Below, piece by piece: positions 1 through 9,191 of a stretch of 64,000 nucleotides of DNA (positions are counted from its first letter, which is position 1; every line of letters starts with the position of its first letter). The notes beneath the pieces were generated by a model that worked only from the letters and a program-made list of their open reading frames with translations, did no database searches and was not told the origin of the DNA. The stretch covers positions 10,931 through 74,930 of the forward strand of contig CALXCA010000001.1 in the NCBI GenBank assembly GCA_944386685.1, in the 5' to 3' direction. The position numbers were made by a program, and so were the translations under genes. The stretch is from an uncultured Clostridia bacterium (GTDB lineage Bacteria > Bacillota > Clostridia > TANB77 > CAG-508).

Positions 1-528
1 GGCTTGTATTGCAGGTTTTACAGTATAACTATCATATGCTTGTACTTTTCTCATATAAGCAATTAATGTTTGATTTCCTGCTAGTCTTTTCTTTATCATT
101 GGAACAGGTTTAACATTATCTGTTTGTTGCCATTTACATTCAATTTCTCTTGATGTTAATAGATATTTGCCCATTTTTTCTAGGCAATATATTCTATATA
201 TTCCTTTTCCTTCATCTGATGTAAAATAATATCTTGTCAAAATTTTTGATTTAACAAGTTGATCTAATTTATTGTTTAATTTATCTTGAGATTGTGGGTT
301 TATTCCTTTTAATTCTAATAATTGGTATATTTGTCTTGATGTTATAAATTCAAATTCATTTACTATTTCTAATATTGCATAATGTATATCTGTTATATGT
401 CCTATATTTATTTTATGAACTATTTGATTCATAGATACATATCCATCTTTTCCATCAAATGTTTTTATTTCTCCTTCTCTTATTGCAAATGGTGATACTT
501 TTGCTTTTATTTGATCATCTTCAACCAT
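1..528 (-). CDS. Partial ORF (C-terminus off the left edge); winged-helix, replication-relaxation-like protein
   Basis: Absent from the ORF track because it runs off the window. ATG at 526-528, GGAGG RBS at 537-541 (rc), open in frame down to base 1 (176 codons). Translation MVEDDQIKAKVSPFAIREGEIKTFDGKDGYV...HYAILEIVNEFEFITSRQIYQLLELKG... resembles the N-terminal wHTH of Replic_Relax-type proteins. Family call by eye only. Confidence 0.4.
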   Translation of the reverse strand, partial: MVEDDQIKAKVSPFAIREGEIKTFDGKDGYVSMNQIVHKINIGHITDIHYAILEIVNEFEFITSRQIYQLLELKGINPQSQDKLNNKLDQLVKSKILTRYYFTSDEGKGIYRIYCLEKMGKYLLTSREIECKWQQTDNVKPVPMIKKRLAGNQTLIAYMRKVQAYDSYTVKPAIQA

Positions 529-603
529 TTTTTATTCCTCCTTTTATTAAGACATATTTTTGTCTTAAATAATACTAACATACTTATTATACAGCTTTTT
601 CTT

Positions 604-1323
604 TTATTTTTCAACTATTAATTGTTTTACTTCATTTTCTTTTAAATATCTCCATTGTCCTAATTTTAAGTCTTTTACACCTATATTTCCTATTTTACTT
701 CTATGTAAAGCTATAACTTTTTTACTTATGGCTTCACACATTTTTCTAACTTGTCTATTTTTTCCTTCATGTATTGTTATTTCTATTCTTGATATATTTT
801 TTTCTTCATCTGTTTTAAGTATCTTTACTTTTGCTGGCTTTGTTATATAATCATCTATTTTAACTCCATTGCTTAATTGTTCTACTTCTTGTTTTGTTAT
901 AATTCCATGTATTGTTACTGTATATGTTTTTGTTATTTCATGTTTTGGATGTGTTACTTTATATACAAATTCTCCGTCATTTGTTAATATTAATGCTCCT
1001 GATGTGTACATATCTAATCTACCTACAGGAACAATTCTTTCTTTTACTTTTACTAAATCCAAAACTTTATCTCTTCCAAATTGTTCTTCTGCTGTTGTAA
1101 CATATCCTATTGGTTTGTTTAGTAAAATATATACTTTTTTGTTTTCCTTTTTTACTTCTTTTCTTTCAAATGTAACCTTGTCTTTTTCTGGATTTATTTT
1201 TGTTCCTAATTCTGTTATTATTTTATTATTAACTTTTACTTTTCCTTGTAAAATATATTCTTCGCATTTTCTTCTTGATGCAACTCCACATTCTGCCAAA
1301 TATTTTTGAAGTCTTTCTTCCAT
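604..1323 (-). CDS. RsuA/RluB-family rRNA pseudouridine synthase with N-terminal S4 domain
   Basis: 239 aa. S4 motif MEERLQKYLAECGVASRRKCEEYILQGKVKVNN. Catalytic region VGRLDMYTSGALILTNDG. Confidence 0.85.
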   Translation of the reverse strand: MEERLQKYLAECGVASRRKCEEYILQGKVKVNNKIITELGTKINPEKDKVTFERKEVKKENKKVYILLNKPIGYVTTAEEQFGRDKVLDLVKVKERIVPVGRLDMYTSGALILTNDGEFVYKVTHPKHEITKTYTVTIHGIITKQEVEQLSNGVKIDDYITKPAKVKILKTDEEKNISRIEITIHEGKNRQVRKMCEAISKKVIALHRSKIGNIGVKDLKLGQWRYLKENEVKQLIVEK

Positions 1324-1504
1324 TTTTTTATGCCTTTCTTTTCATTTTTTATATTAATATATTTTTAATTATTATTTTAAAATTCTGTTTTCAATAGACC
1401 TCACTTTTTTAATTATTTATATCCTAACCAGTACTATTTTAACGTTTTTTGCATATTATATATTAATTCCTTTTACTTTTCTAAAAGGCTTTATATAGAT
1501 TTCT

Positions 1505-1531
1505 CCGGCAAGGTTCTCTTGCCGGTTTTTT
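1505..1531 (+). terminator. Orphan plus-strand hairpin + T6 (CCGGCAAGGTTCTCTTGCCGG-TTTTTT)
   Basis: 8-bp GC-rich stem followed by a T-run on the plus strand. Both flanking genes are on the minus strand, so the transcript it would end is unknown. Confidence 0.3.
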
Positions 1532-1580
1532 ATACAATAGGAAAGTTATACTTTTCTATTGTATAAAAAGCTACAATCGC

Positions 1581-1600
1581 CTAGCCCTTTGAGATTTTCT
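1581..1600. repeat. 20-nt exact repeat CTAGCCCTTTGAGATTTTCT (partner at 9122-9141, inverted)
   Basis: Exact 20/20 reverse-complement match to 9122-9141, directly downstream of the rluD stop. Confidence 0.6.
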
Positions 1601-1609
1601 TATTTGTTC

Positions 1610-2533
1610 TTATTCCTTTTGGTCTAATTTTTCTAATATCTCTTTAAAATATTGTGGCAAAGGTGCTTCTAGGTGCATTTCTTTTTGTGTGATTGGATGT
1701 TTAAAGTCTAGTGCTTTTGCATGTAAACACTGCCCAATTACTCCAAACTCATTTTTTCCATTTGAATATGTATAATCTCCAACCACAGGAAAACCTATAT
1801 ATGATAAATGTACACGTATTTGATGTGTTCTTCCAGTTTCTATATTAATTTCTAATAATGTGTATTTATCATATCTTTTTAAAACTTTAATATGTGTTAT
1901 TGCTTTTTTCCCATTTTTTACAACTGCCATCTTTTTTCTATCTGTTTTACTTCTACCTATAGGCATATTTATTGTTGCTTCATTCTCCCTAATAATCCCT
2001 CTAACTAAAGCAATATATGTTTTTTTTACTTCATGGTTTTTTATTTGTTCACTCATTTTTACATGTGCTTTATCATTTTTTGCTACAATAAGTAAACCAG
2101 ATGTATCTTTATCTAACCTATGTACAATTCCTGGTCTTATTTCTCCACCTATTCCAGATAAACTGTCTTTACATTTTGATAATATTGCATTAACTAATGT
2201 TCCATCAGGATTTCCATTTGCAGGATGTACAACCATTCCTTTAGGTTTATTTACAACTATTATATCACAATCTTCATAAATAACATCTATTGGAATGTCC
2301 TGTGGTTTTAATTCTATTTGTTTCGCTTCTGGGATTTGAATGGTTATTTTATCATTTTCTTGAACTTTATATGATGCTTTTTGTTTTTTATCATTTACTA
2401 GAATATTTTCTTCCTCAATTAGCCTTTGTGCTGATGTTCTAGTAATTTCTTTATCCTTTTGGGTAATATATATATCTAAACGATTTCCAGCTTCTTGCTT
2501 AGAAACAATATATTCTAACATTTCTAATTTCAT
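1610..2533 (-). CDS. rluD: RluA/RluD-family 23S rRNA pseudouridine synthase
   Basis: 307 aa. N-terminal S4-like region. Catalytic motif HRLDKDTSGLLIVAKND, plus GRTHQIRVH. Confidence 0.85.
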   Translation of the reverse strand: MKLEMLEYIVSKQEAGNRLDIYITQKDKEITRTSAQRLIEEENILVNDKKQKASYKVQENDKITIQIPEAKQIELKPQDIPIDVIYEDCDIIVVNKPKGMVVHPANGNPDGTLVNAILSKCKDSLSGIGGEIRPGIVHRLDKDTSGLLIVAKNDKAHVKMSEQIKNHEVKKTYIALVRGIIRENEATINMPIGRSKTDRKKMAVVKNGKKAITHIKVLKRYDKYTLLEINIETGRTHQIRVHLSYIGFPVVGDYTYSNGKNEFGVIGQCLHAKALDFKHPITQKEMHLEAPLPQYFKEILEKLDQKE

Positions 2534-2567
2534 TCCTTTTCAATTATTATGTTTTTAAATATCACTA

Positions 2568-3074
2568 CTAATTTTTATCTTTATTTAAAAATTTCATTTC
2601 TACATATAATTTATCTGCAACTGCTTGAACAACATTTTTTAATAAATACTGTTCTTCTGTCATTTTATCAATATGTGGAAATTCTTTGCGAAAAAATACA
2701 TTTTTTATAGATACTTCTATATTTGCACAAAATCTGTTATATGCTTTACTCAATTCAAAATAAGCTATTGTTTCTGAAATTAATTTTCCTATATCTCCTA
2801 TACTATATACTTGTTTTAATATACATATTACCATTAAATAAGCTATATGTGATTTACTATATTTCTTTTTTTCTGGAGCAGGCATTATCCCAAGTTTTAC
2901 ATAGTTATTAATCATTGTTTTGGTAATTATCTTTTCGTCTCCATTTACATTTAATATGCCTAAATATTTTTCTAAATAATTTACTACTTGGTCTAGATAT
3001 AAGTCAATTTCAGGTAATTCGTTCCATCTTGGTAAATGGTGCTTTATTACCTTTTCTATTTTTTCATCTTGCAT
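2568..3074 (-). CDS. DUF1836-family protein
   Basis: 168 aa. LPRWNELPEIDLYLDQVVNYL...TKTMINNYVKLGIMPAPEKKKYSKSHIAYL matches the DUF1836 pattern as I remember it. Confidence 0.65.
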   Translation of the reverse strand: MQDEKIEKVIKHHLPRWNELPEIDLYLDQVVNYLEKYLGILNVNGDEKIITKTMINNYVKLGIMPAPEKKKYSKSHIAYLMVICILKQVYSIGDIGKLISETIAYFELSKAYNRFCANIEVSIKNVFFRKEFPHIDKMTEEQYLLKNVVQAVADKLYVEMKFLNKDKN

Positions 3075-3096
3075 AATTATTTCATTCCTTGTATTA

Positions 3097-3140
3097 TATA
3101 TATTTAGGTTTTTTCTAAAGGATTAGCCTATAAACCTTTT
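3097..3140 (-). promoter_or_regulatory. Conserved upstream module (AAAGGTTTATAGG-N-AAAAACCTAAATAT), copy a
   Basis: One of four copies; TATTTAGG starts 27 nt from the start codon at 3074. See findings. Confidence 0.4.
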
Positions 3141-3234
3141 TAATATTTTATAATAATTTCAATTTCGTTTATGTTCAAAAATTTTTATAAATTAGCAATT
3201 TTTATTATAATATTTATCTACTTTAGTAAATTAT

Positions 3235-3981
3235 TTATTTTAATTTTCTCCTTTGCATTTTATAAGAAACTTTAGAAACTAAATTAGTTGGCGCTATTTT
3301 AACTCCTATTTTTGCAAATTTTATTGATAAGCCTGGTATAATATAAAACTTTCCTTTTAAAAATTTTTTTACAGTATATTTTGCCACATATTCACTACTT
3401 AAACCTTTTATTGCAAATTCTACATCTGCAACTTTATTAAAATTTGTATTAACAGGTCCTGGACATAAAATACTTATTCTAACTTTTGATTTCTGTTTTT
3501 TTAGTTCAGTTCTTATAGCTTCTGAAAGTCTTACAATATATGCTTTTGTTGAATAATATGTTGCCATAAGTGGTCCTGGCATAAAACCTGCAATTGATGC
3601 AACATTTAAAATTTTTCCACTATTATTCTTTATCATTTCTTTTAAATATAATTTTGTTAAAATATGATATGCTATTATATTAGTTTTTATCATTTGTAAG
3701 TCTTTATCTAAACTTGTCTCTTCAAAATGTCCACAATCTCCAAACCCTGCATTATTAACAAGTATATCTATATCTTTATAATCTTGGAATAATTTCTCGC
3801 AATTCTCTTCTTTAGAAATATCCATTGATACAATCTCTGCTTTTGTTTGAATTTGTTTTTTTACTTCTTCTAATCTCTCTACATTCCTTGCAACTAAAAT
3901 TAGGTCATACCCTCTTTTACTTAATTCTTTTGCAATATCTCTTCCTATACCAGAAGATGCACCTGTAACTAATGCTTTCAA
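3235..3981 (-). CDS. Short-chain dehydrogenase/reductase (SDR)
   Basis: 248 aa. TGASSGIGRDIA cofactor motif and YSTKAY catalytic motif. Confidence 0.85.
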   Translation of the reverse strand: MKALVTGASSGIGRDIAKELSKRGYDLILVARNVERLEEVKKQIQTKAEIVSMDISKEENCEKLFQDYKDIDILVNNAGFGDCGHFEETSLDKDLQMIKTNIIAYHILTKLYLKEMIKNNSGKILNVASIAGFMPGPLMATYYSTKAYIVRLSEAIRTELKKQKSKVRISILCPGPVNTNFNKVADVEFAIKGLSSEYVAKYTVKKFLKGKFYIIPGLSIKFAKIGVKIAPTNLVSKVSYKMQRRKLK

Positions 3982-3996
3982 ATTTTTACTTCCTTT

Positions 3997-4614
3997 CTAA
4001 AAACCTTTGGTAAAAGTATCTCTAAATATATTTACAATTACTTTTACAACTTCATTTTCATTATATAAATTAACAAAAAATTGTCTTGTTGTAGGTATTA
4101 TTGCCAAAATACAAATAACAATAATTAAAACTATTACACCTATAACTATTTTTTGAATGGTTTCTTTAGATAATTTTATTTTTTTCTTTGGAGTTGTTTT
4201 TACTTGATCATTTGTTACTTGCTCTGTTGTATCTCTTTTTCTAGTAATTCCTTTATATAAATTTCTTATAAAGTTTGCAGGCACACTTCCTAAATCTTCT
4301 TCATTTTCATTATTTATATTATATTGATTAGAGAATTTTTTTAAATTATTCTTTAATTGAATATTTTCCTGTTTTAATTTGTTATATTCATCAATAGATA
4401 TTATTTTACTTTGCAAATGATTATCATATTCTTTCCTTTTATAATCATTTGATAATACTTCATATGCTTCATTTATTTTCATCATTCTCTCTTGACTATA
4501 TGCTGATGATCTTAAATCTGGATGATATTTTTTTGCAAGTGTTCTATATGCTTTTTCAATTACTTCTTTTGAAGCATTTTTATCTACTTCTAATATTTCA
4601 TAATAATTTTTCAT
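3997..4614 (-). CDS. J-domain (DnaJ-like) membrane protein
   Basis: 205 aa. [32 protein letters not shown]-domain with HPD. One C-terminal TM ([18 protein letters not shown]). Confidence 0.75.
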   Translation of the reverse strand: MKNYYEILEVDKNASKEVIEKAYRTLAKKYHPDLRSSAYSQERMMKINEAYEVLSNDYKRKEYDNHLQSKIISIDEYNKLKQENIQLKNNLKKFSNQYNINNENEEDLGSVPANFIRNLYKGITRKRDTTEQVTNDQVKTTPKKKIKLSKETIQKIVIGVIVLIIVICILAIIPTTRQFFVNLYNENEVVKVIVNIFRDTFTKGF

Positions 4615-4777
4615 ACTTTTTCTTATGTTTGGTTTAATCCAACATCTCCTCCATCTTGTTATATTCTACATTAAAACCTTAAATTTCGCAAGTATTTATG
4701 TGTTTTTTTCTAAACTTGTTATTATTTGATAATTGTTTTAAATAAAATAGAATAAAGAAACAATGATATTATAATAT

Positions 4778-4940
4778 TTTAAAGTTTCGACGCTTGATTG
4801 AAATGAAAATTAGAATTCATTTGGCTTTTGCATGAGGAATGTTCACGGTACTCGAGTTTACGAGAGGGTCGGAGTGAAAGAGGCGCATGAAAAAGCCTTA
4901 TGAATTCTTTTTGAATGGAATGAACAGGAGAACTTTTAAA
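4778..4940. mobile_element. MITE-like long-hairpin element, copy 1 (48-nt GC-rich core at 4836-4883)
   Basis: Flanked by direct TATTATAATAT (4767-4777 and 4941-4951). Termini TTTAAAGTT / AACTTTTAAA are inverted. An uninterrupted related site exists at 52638-52715. Second copy at 28056-28213. Confidence 0.7.
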
Positions 4941-5036
4941 TATTATAATATCATCGTTTTTAACAAAACACTTTAAGAGACCATTATTTAGTAACAACTT
5001 GTTATTTTCTACAATTTCTGTTATACTATAATCATT

Positions 5037-5966
5037 ATGGAAGAAAGATATAAACATTTAAACAATTATTTAAAAGAAAAATTTGGAGAAAGAACTTTAA
5101 AAATATGTATAGATGGCAATTTTACTTGTCCTAATAGAGATGGAAAATTAAGTTTAGGAGGCTGTATTTTTTGTAGTGAGAAAGGTTCTGGTGAACATAT
5201 AAAATCAAATAAAAACAGTTCTAATAATTTTGATTTTATTACTGACCAAGTAAAAAATTACTTTAATAGTTATAAAAGTAAAAGAGCAAATAAATTTATT
5301 GCATATTTTCAAAATTTCACAAACACATATGGTCCAATTGATATTTTAAAAAAGAAATATGATTCTGCATTAATTGATGATAGAATTGTTGCTTTAGCTA
5401 TTTCTACCAGACCTGATTGTATTAATGAAGATATTTGCAAATTATTAAAATCTTATCAAAATAAATATTATGTATGGGTAGAGCTTGGATTACAAACTTC
5501 TAATGATATAACTTCTAAATTAATTAACAAATGTTGTTATTCTAAAGATTTTACTTATGCTGTAAATTTACTTAATAAATATAATATTGATATTGTAACA
5601 CATATTATGGTTTGTCTTCCAAATGAGAATTTTAATGATATAAAAAATACAGTAGAATTTATTAATAAACACTTTATTCAAGGTTTAAAAATTCATTCTA
5701 CTTATATTGTAAAAAATACTATATTAGCTGATATGTATAGTAAAGGATTATATATACCTCTAACACTAGAAGAATATTTAAATTATACTTGTTATATTTT
5801 AACACATATTAGTCCAAATATTGTAATTCATAAAGTCTCTGGTGATGCTCCAAAAGATTTACTTGTTGCTCCAGATTGGAATCTTCACAAAAAGTGGATT
5901 TTAAATGGCTTGGACAAAAAATTAAAAGCTGAAAATCTTTGGCAGGGAAAATACTACTCAACTTGA
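5037..5966 (+). CDS. TIGR01212-family radical SAM protein
   Basis: 309 aa. CPNRDG...GGCIFC cysteine cluster and overall TIGR01212/YhcC-like layout. Confidence 0.85.
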   Translation: MEERYKHLNNYLKEKFGERTLKICIDGNFTCPNRDGKLSLGGCIFCSEKGSGEHIKSNKNSSNNFDFITDQVKNYFNSYKSKRANKFIAYFQNFTNTYGPIDILKKKYDSALIDDRIVALAISTRPDCINEDICKLLKSYQNKYYVWVELGLQTSNDITSKLINKCCYSKDFTYAVNLLNKYNIDIVTHIMVCLPNENFNDIKNTVEFINKHFIQGLKIHSTYIVKNTILADMYSKGLYIPLTLEEYLNYTCYILTHISPNIVIHKVSGDAPKDLLVAPDWNLHKKWILNGLDKKLKAENLWQGKYYST

Positions 5967-6763
5967 AAATCTAACACACATTCTTTAGAGTCATTATCTT
6001 GAAAGTGCCACCATTCACTCCTTAGTGTTGAAAATCCTTGTTTTGTCATAATTTTTGCAAGGATTTTTGCATTTTCATTATTATAATCAATAACAGAATA
6101 CACACTTAAATCATGTATTTTAGTTTGCATTTCTAGTTCTTTACCTGTGCTTAAATCAACTAAAGTTAAATCTAATGCAACTCCATAATTGTGTGATGAA
6201 GCATTTTCTGCTAAAAACCATCTTTGACTATATTCAAAATTATTTACTACTGCATTAAAATATTCTTTATATTTATCTGCAACTAATAATGTATTTTCAT
6301 ATAAATATTTTGTTACTGAATACGGTCTATATGTATCATAAATTTTTAAAGTTAAATTTTGATTTAATGCTTTTTCTTCTGCTAAATATAATCTCATAGC
6401 TGTATAATACATTAATGGAACTTTTAAATCTTCACCCATTTTGGTATATAATTTTTCTCCAGAAACATTTGGTATTTTATTTCCATGAATATTATATATT
6501 GAAGATTTTGCATTTGTTATTTCATATTGAACTTCTTTTTGCATAATATCTGGTAAATTAATTAAAATATATTTTTTTTCTATTAATATCTCTTTACCAT
6601 TTTCCATTAAAACAATAACCATTTTTTTATTATAATTATCAATAATTTTTCCTTTTGAATATTGCTTTATTTCTATTTCTTCATTTGTATTATATATTTT
6701 GCATCTTAAATCTTTTACTACCCATATTCTGGCATTTTTTATATTTTCAAATAAATCTTTCAT
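5954..6763 (-). CDS. M15-family D-Ala-D-Ala dipeptidase-like metallopeptidase (VanX/DdpX-like)
   Basis: 269 aa. SSHNYGVALD (SxHxxGxAxD) and SEWWHF (ExxH) zinc motifs. The 3' end overlaps the convergent radical SAM gene by 13 nt. Confidence 0.75.
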   Translation of the reverse strand: MKDLFENIKNARIWVVKDLRCKIYNTNEEIEIKQYSKGKIIDNYNKKMVIVLMENGKEILIEKKYILINLPDIMQKEVQYEITNAKSSIYNIHGNKIPNVSGEKLYTKMGEDLKVPLMYYTAMRLYLAEEKALNQNLTLKIYDTYRPYSVTKYLYENTLLVADKYKEYFNAVVNNFEYSQRWFLAENASSHNYGVALDLTLVDLSTGKELEMQTKIHDLSVYSVIDYNNENAKILAKIMTKQGFSTLRSEWWHFQDNDSKECVLDFQVE

Positions 6764-6891
6764 ACAACTTTCACTTCTCTCTTATCTAGACAATTTTATA
6801 TAATATTTCTAATTAAATCTAAAATTATGTCTTTCTGTAGCTCACATAATCATTTTCAAAATACTTAGTTTATTACTTTTAAAAACAAACA

Positions 6892-8034
6892 TCAATTATT
6901 AATTAAAGTTTTTTCAAAAATTCCATACATTATTTGTGTGCCTAATAAAATTTCATCTATTCCAACATGGAAGTTTTCACTATGTTGTGAAAAGTTTTCT
7001 CCATCTTGACATCCAACAAAGAAAAATGCTCCTTTTCTTTCTTGTAAAATATAAGAAAAATCTTCTGAACACATTGTAGAATAATCTTTAATAATGTTTT
7101 CTTCCCCAACAATTTCTTTAGAAACATTTTTGACTAAATTTACATATTCTTCACTATTAACAAGTGCAGGATATTTATCATCTTTAAAAAACACTACTGC
7201 TTCTCCATTCATAGAATTTGCAATATTTGTAGAGACTTCTTTTATTCTATTTTTTATATAATCTCTTAAATTATTATTAAATGTTCTACAAATTCCTTTC
7301 ATTTCAACTTTGTCAGGAATTTTATTATTTGTATTTCCTCCATTTATTGCAGTAATTCCAAGGACTACATTTTCATTTGAGCTTATATTTCTGCCAACTA
7401 TTGATTGTAGAGCTATAACAATAGAACTTGCTATGTAAATTGGGTCTATACATTTTTCTGGAATTGCACCATGCCCCTCTTTTCCATATACAGTTATATT
7501 AAATGGATCTGTTGATGCCATTACTGGACCAGCTTTTATTCCAATAGTTCCTTTTTTTAATTCACTCCAAACATGTAATGCAAAAACACAATCTACATTT
7601 GGATTTTCTAAAACACCTTCTTCAATCATTTTTTTTGCTCCACCACTTGTTTCTTCTGCTGGTTGGAATAAAATTTTTACTGTACCATTTATATTTTCTT
7701 TTTCTTTAATTATAAGTTCGGCTAATGCAAGCATTATTGTCATATGTGCATCATGTCCACATGCATGTTGCATTTTACCTTTTTCGTCCATTTCTATTGC
7801 ATCCATTTCACATCTAAATAATACACATGGCTTTTCTTTTTTTCCCTTTAAAATAGCCATTACTCCTGTTTTTGCTATATTTGTTTTTATTTCATAGCCT
7901 AAGTTTTTTAATCTTTCAATAATATATCTTGAAGTCTCTATTTCTTCAAAACCTTTTTCTGGATGATGCCAGAAAAAGGTTTTATCTTCTTCCATTTGTT
8001 TTTTTAATTCAATTATCTTTTTATCTATCTTCAT
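6892..8034 (-). CDS. M20-family amidohydrolase (N-acyl-amino acid amidohydrolase-like)
   Basis: 380 aa. HACGHDAH, FQPAEE and GHGA motifs typical of M20D peptidases. Confidence 0.85.
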   Translation of the reverse strand: MKIDKKIIELKKQMEEDKTFFWHHPEKGFEEIETSRYIIERLKNLGYEIKTNIAKTGVMAILKGKKEKPCVLFRCEMDAIEMDEKGKMQHACGHDAHMTIMLALAELIIKEKENINGTVKILFQPAEETSGGAKKMIEEGVLENPNVDCVFALHVWSELKKGTIGIKAGPVMASTDPFNITVYGKEGHGAIPEKCIDPIYIASSIVIALQSIVGRNISSNENVVLGITAINGGNTNNKIPDKVEMKGICRTFNNNLRDYIKNRIKEVSTNIANSMNGEAVVFFKDDKYPALVNSEEYVNLVKNVSKEIVGEENIIKDYSTMCSEDFSYILQERKGAFFFVGCQDGENFSQHSENFHVGIDEILLGTQIMYGIFEKTLINN

Positions 8035-9004
8035 TTAAACACCTATCCATATCTTCAAAATCTTTTATTAAATTTTTTTCCATAACATTATTACTTTTTT
8101 GAATAGTCTTAAATTTCCCATCAGTTCCTTCAAATTTTAAATATTCAAAAGCACTCATTAAACTCAAATAATTTTTATCAATTTTGGGAAATTCAAATAA
8201 TTTTCCAAAATTTTCTTTTTGCATTAATTCTTTCATACTAAATTTGCAGAATCTATGTTTACTAAAAAATTTTTGTAAATATGTTACAAATTCTCTAAAA
8301 GTAATTTCTTTATCAATTAGTTTAATTTCTAACATTCTATTCATTATTCCATTTATATTATGAGGATGTGGAAAAAATTGTTCTGTAGAATATCTTATAA
8401 GCATTTTTTGTTTTTTATCTTTTAAATAAATATCTTCTTGTAAATTATCATATTCTGATAATCTAATATTATCAATTTCTATTTCTCCTTTAGGCGATTT
8501 TACATCTCCTAAAAAAGTCATTTCATCATCAACTAATTCATAGCCTAAACTATTATATAATTTATGAGCAACTTCATTCCCTTCAACAGTAACTAATGAT
8601 GTTGTTTTTAATTCCTCTTTTCTTTCTTTTGCTCCTTCCATTAGTTTTTTATAAACTTGAGTTGCTAATGTTCTTTTTCTATATTGTGGATTTGTCCAAA
8701 CACCACATAAATATGGTATTTTTTTATCACTTCCAAAATTAATTAAATTATAAAAAGCAACAGATACTAAATCATCATCATGAAAAGCTCCAGCCCCTAT
8801 AATATTATTTTCTTCAAATAATTTTTTTAATACTTTTTTATATTCTAATATATATTTATTACTAGCCCCATTCCCATTTTCTGTTTCTTGCATTTTTCTA
8901 GCTAGAGCAATTTTATCAATATCTTGTATAGTTAGTTTTCTTATGCAAAACCTTTCTAATTCATTCCCTCTTGTATGGAAAAATACTCTTTCTTCTTTAA
9001 ACAT
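8021..9004 (-). CDS. GNAT-family N-acetyltransferase domain protein
   Basis: 327 aa. GNAT core ...LCGVWTNPQYRKRTLATQVYKKLMEGA...HKLYNSLGYELV, followed by an uncharacterised C-terminal half. Confidence 0.6.
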   Translation of the reverse strand: MFKEERVFFHTRGNELERFCIRKLTIQDIDKIALARKMQETENGNGASNKYILEYKKVLKKLFEENNIIGAGAFHDDDLVSVAFYNLINFGSDKKIPYLCGVWTNPQYRKRTLATQVYKKLMEGAKERKEELKTTSLVTVEGNEVAHKLYNSLGYELVDDEMTFLGDVKSPKGEIEIDNIRLSEYDNLQEDIYLKDKKQKMLIRYSTEQFFPHPHNINGIMNRMLEIKLIDKEITFREFVTYLQKFFSKHRFCKFSMKELMQKENFGKLFEFPKIDKNYLSLMSAFEYLKFEGTDGKFKTIQKSNNVMEKNLIKDFEDMDRCLNEDR

Positions 9005-9191
9005 TTTTTATTGTCCTTTCTTTTTTCCTGTATATAGAACAATAGCGGACATTTTATATATTTATAACATTTTAAAGTCCGCGTCATTGTTCTCGCCCGA
9101 TTTGAGTTTTCGACTGTAATTAGAAAATCTCAAAGGGCTAGTGTAATTATAACAGTCAAAACAATGTGTTCGTTGTTCTGTTTTTATTACT
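9005..9191 (-). ncRNA. Candidate structured leader or intergenic RNA (pseudoknot-capable + 14-bp GC hairpin)
   Basis: GC-rich island between two co-oriented genes. Hairpin AGAACAAT-A-GCGGAC (9036-9050) / GTCCGC-GTC-ATTGTTCT (9077-9093). GCCC..TTTGAG / CTCAAA..GGGC helix interleaved with a GACTGT / ACAGTC helix. See findings. Confidence 0.3.
9122..9141. repeat. 20-nt exact repeat (inverted partner of 1581-1600)
   Basis: AGAAAATCTCAAAGGGCTAG is the reverse complement of 1581-1600. Confidence 0.6.
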
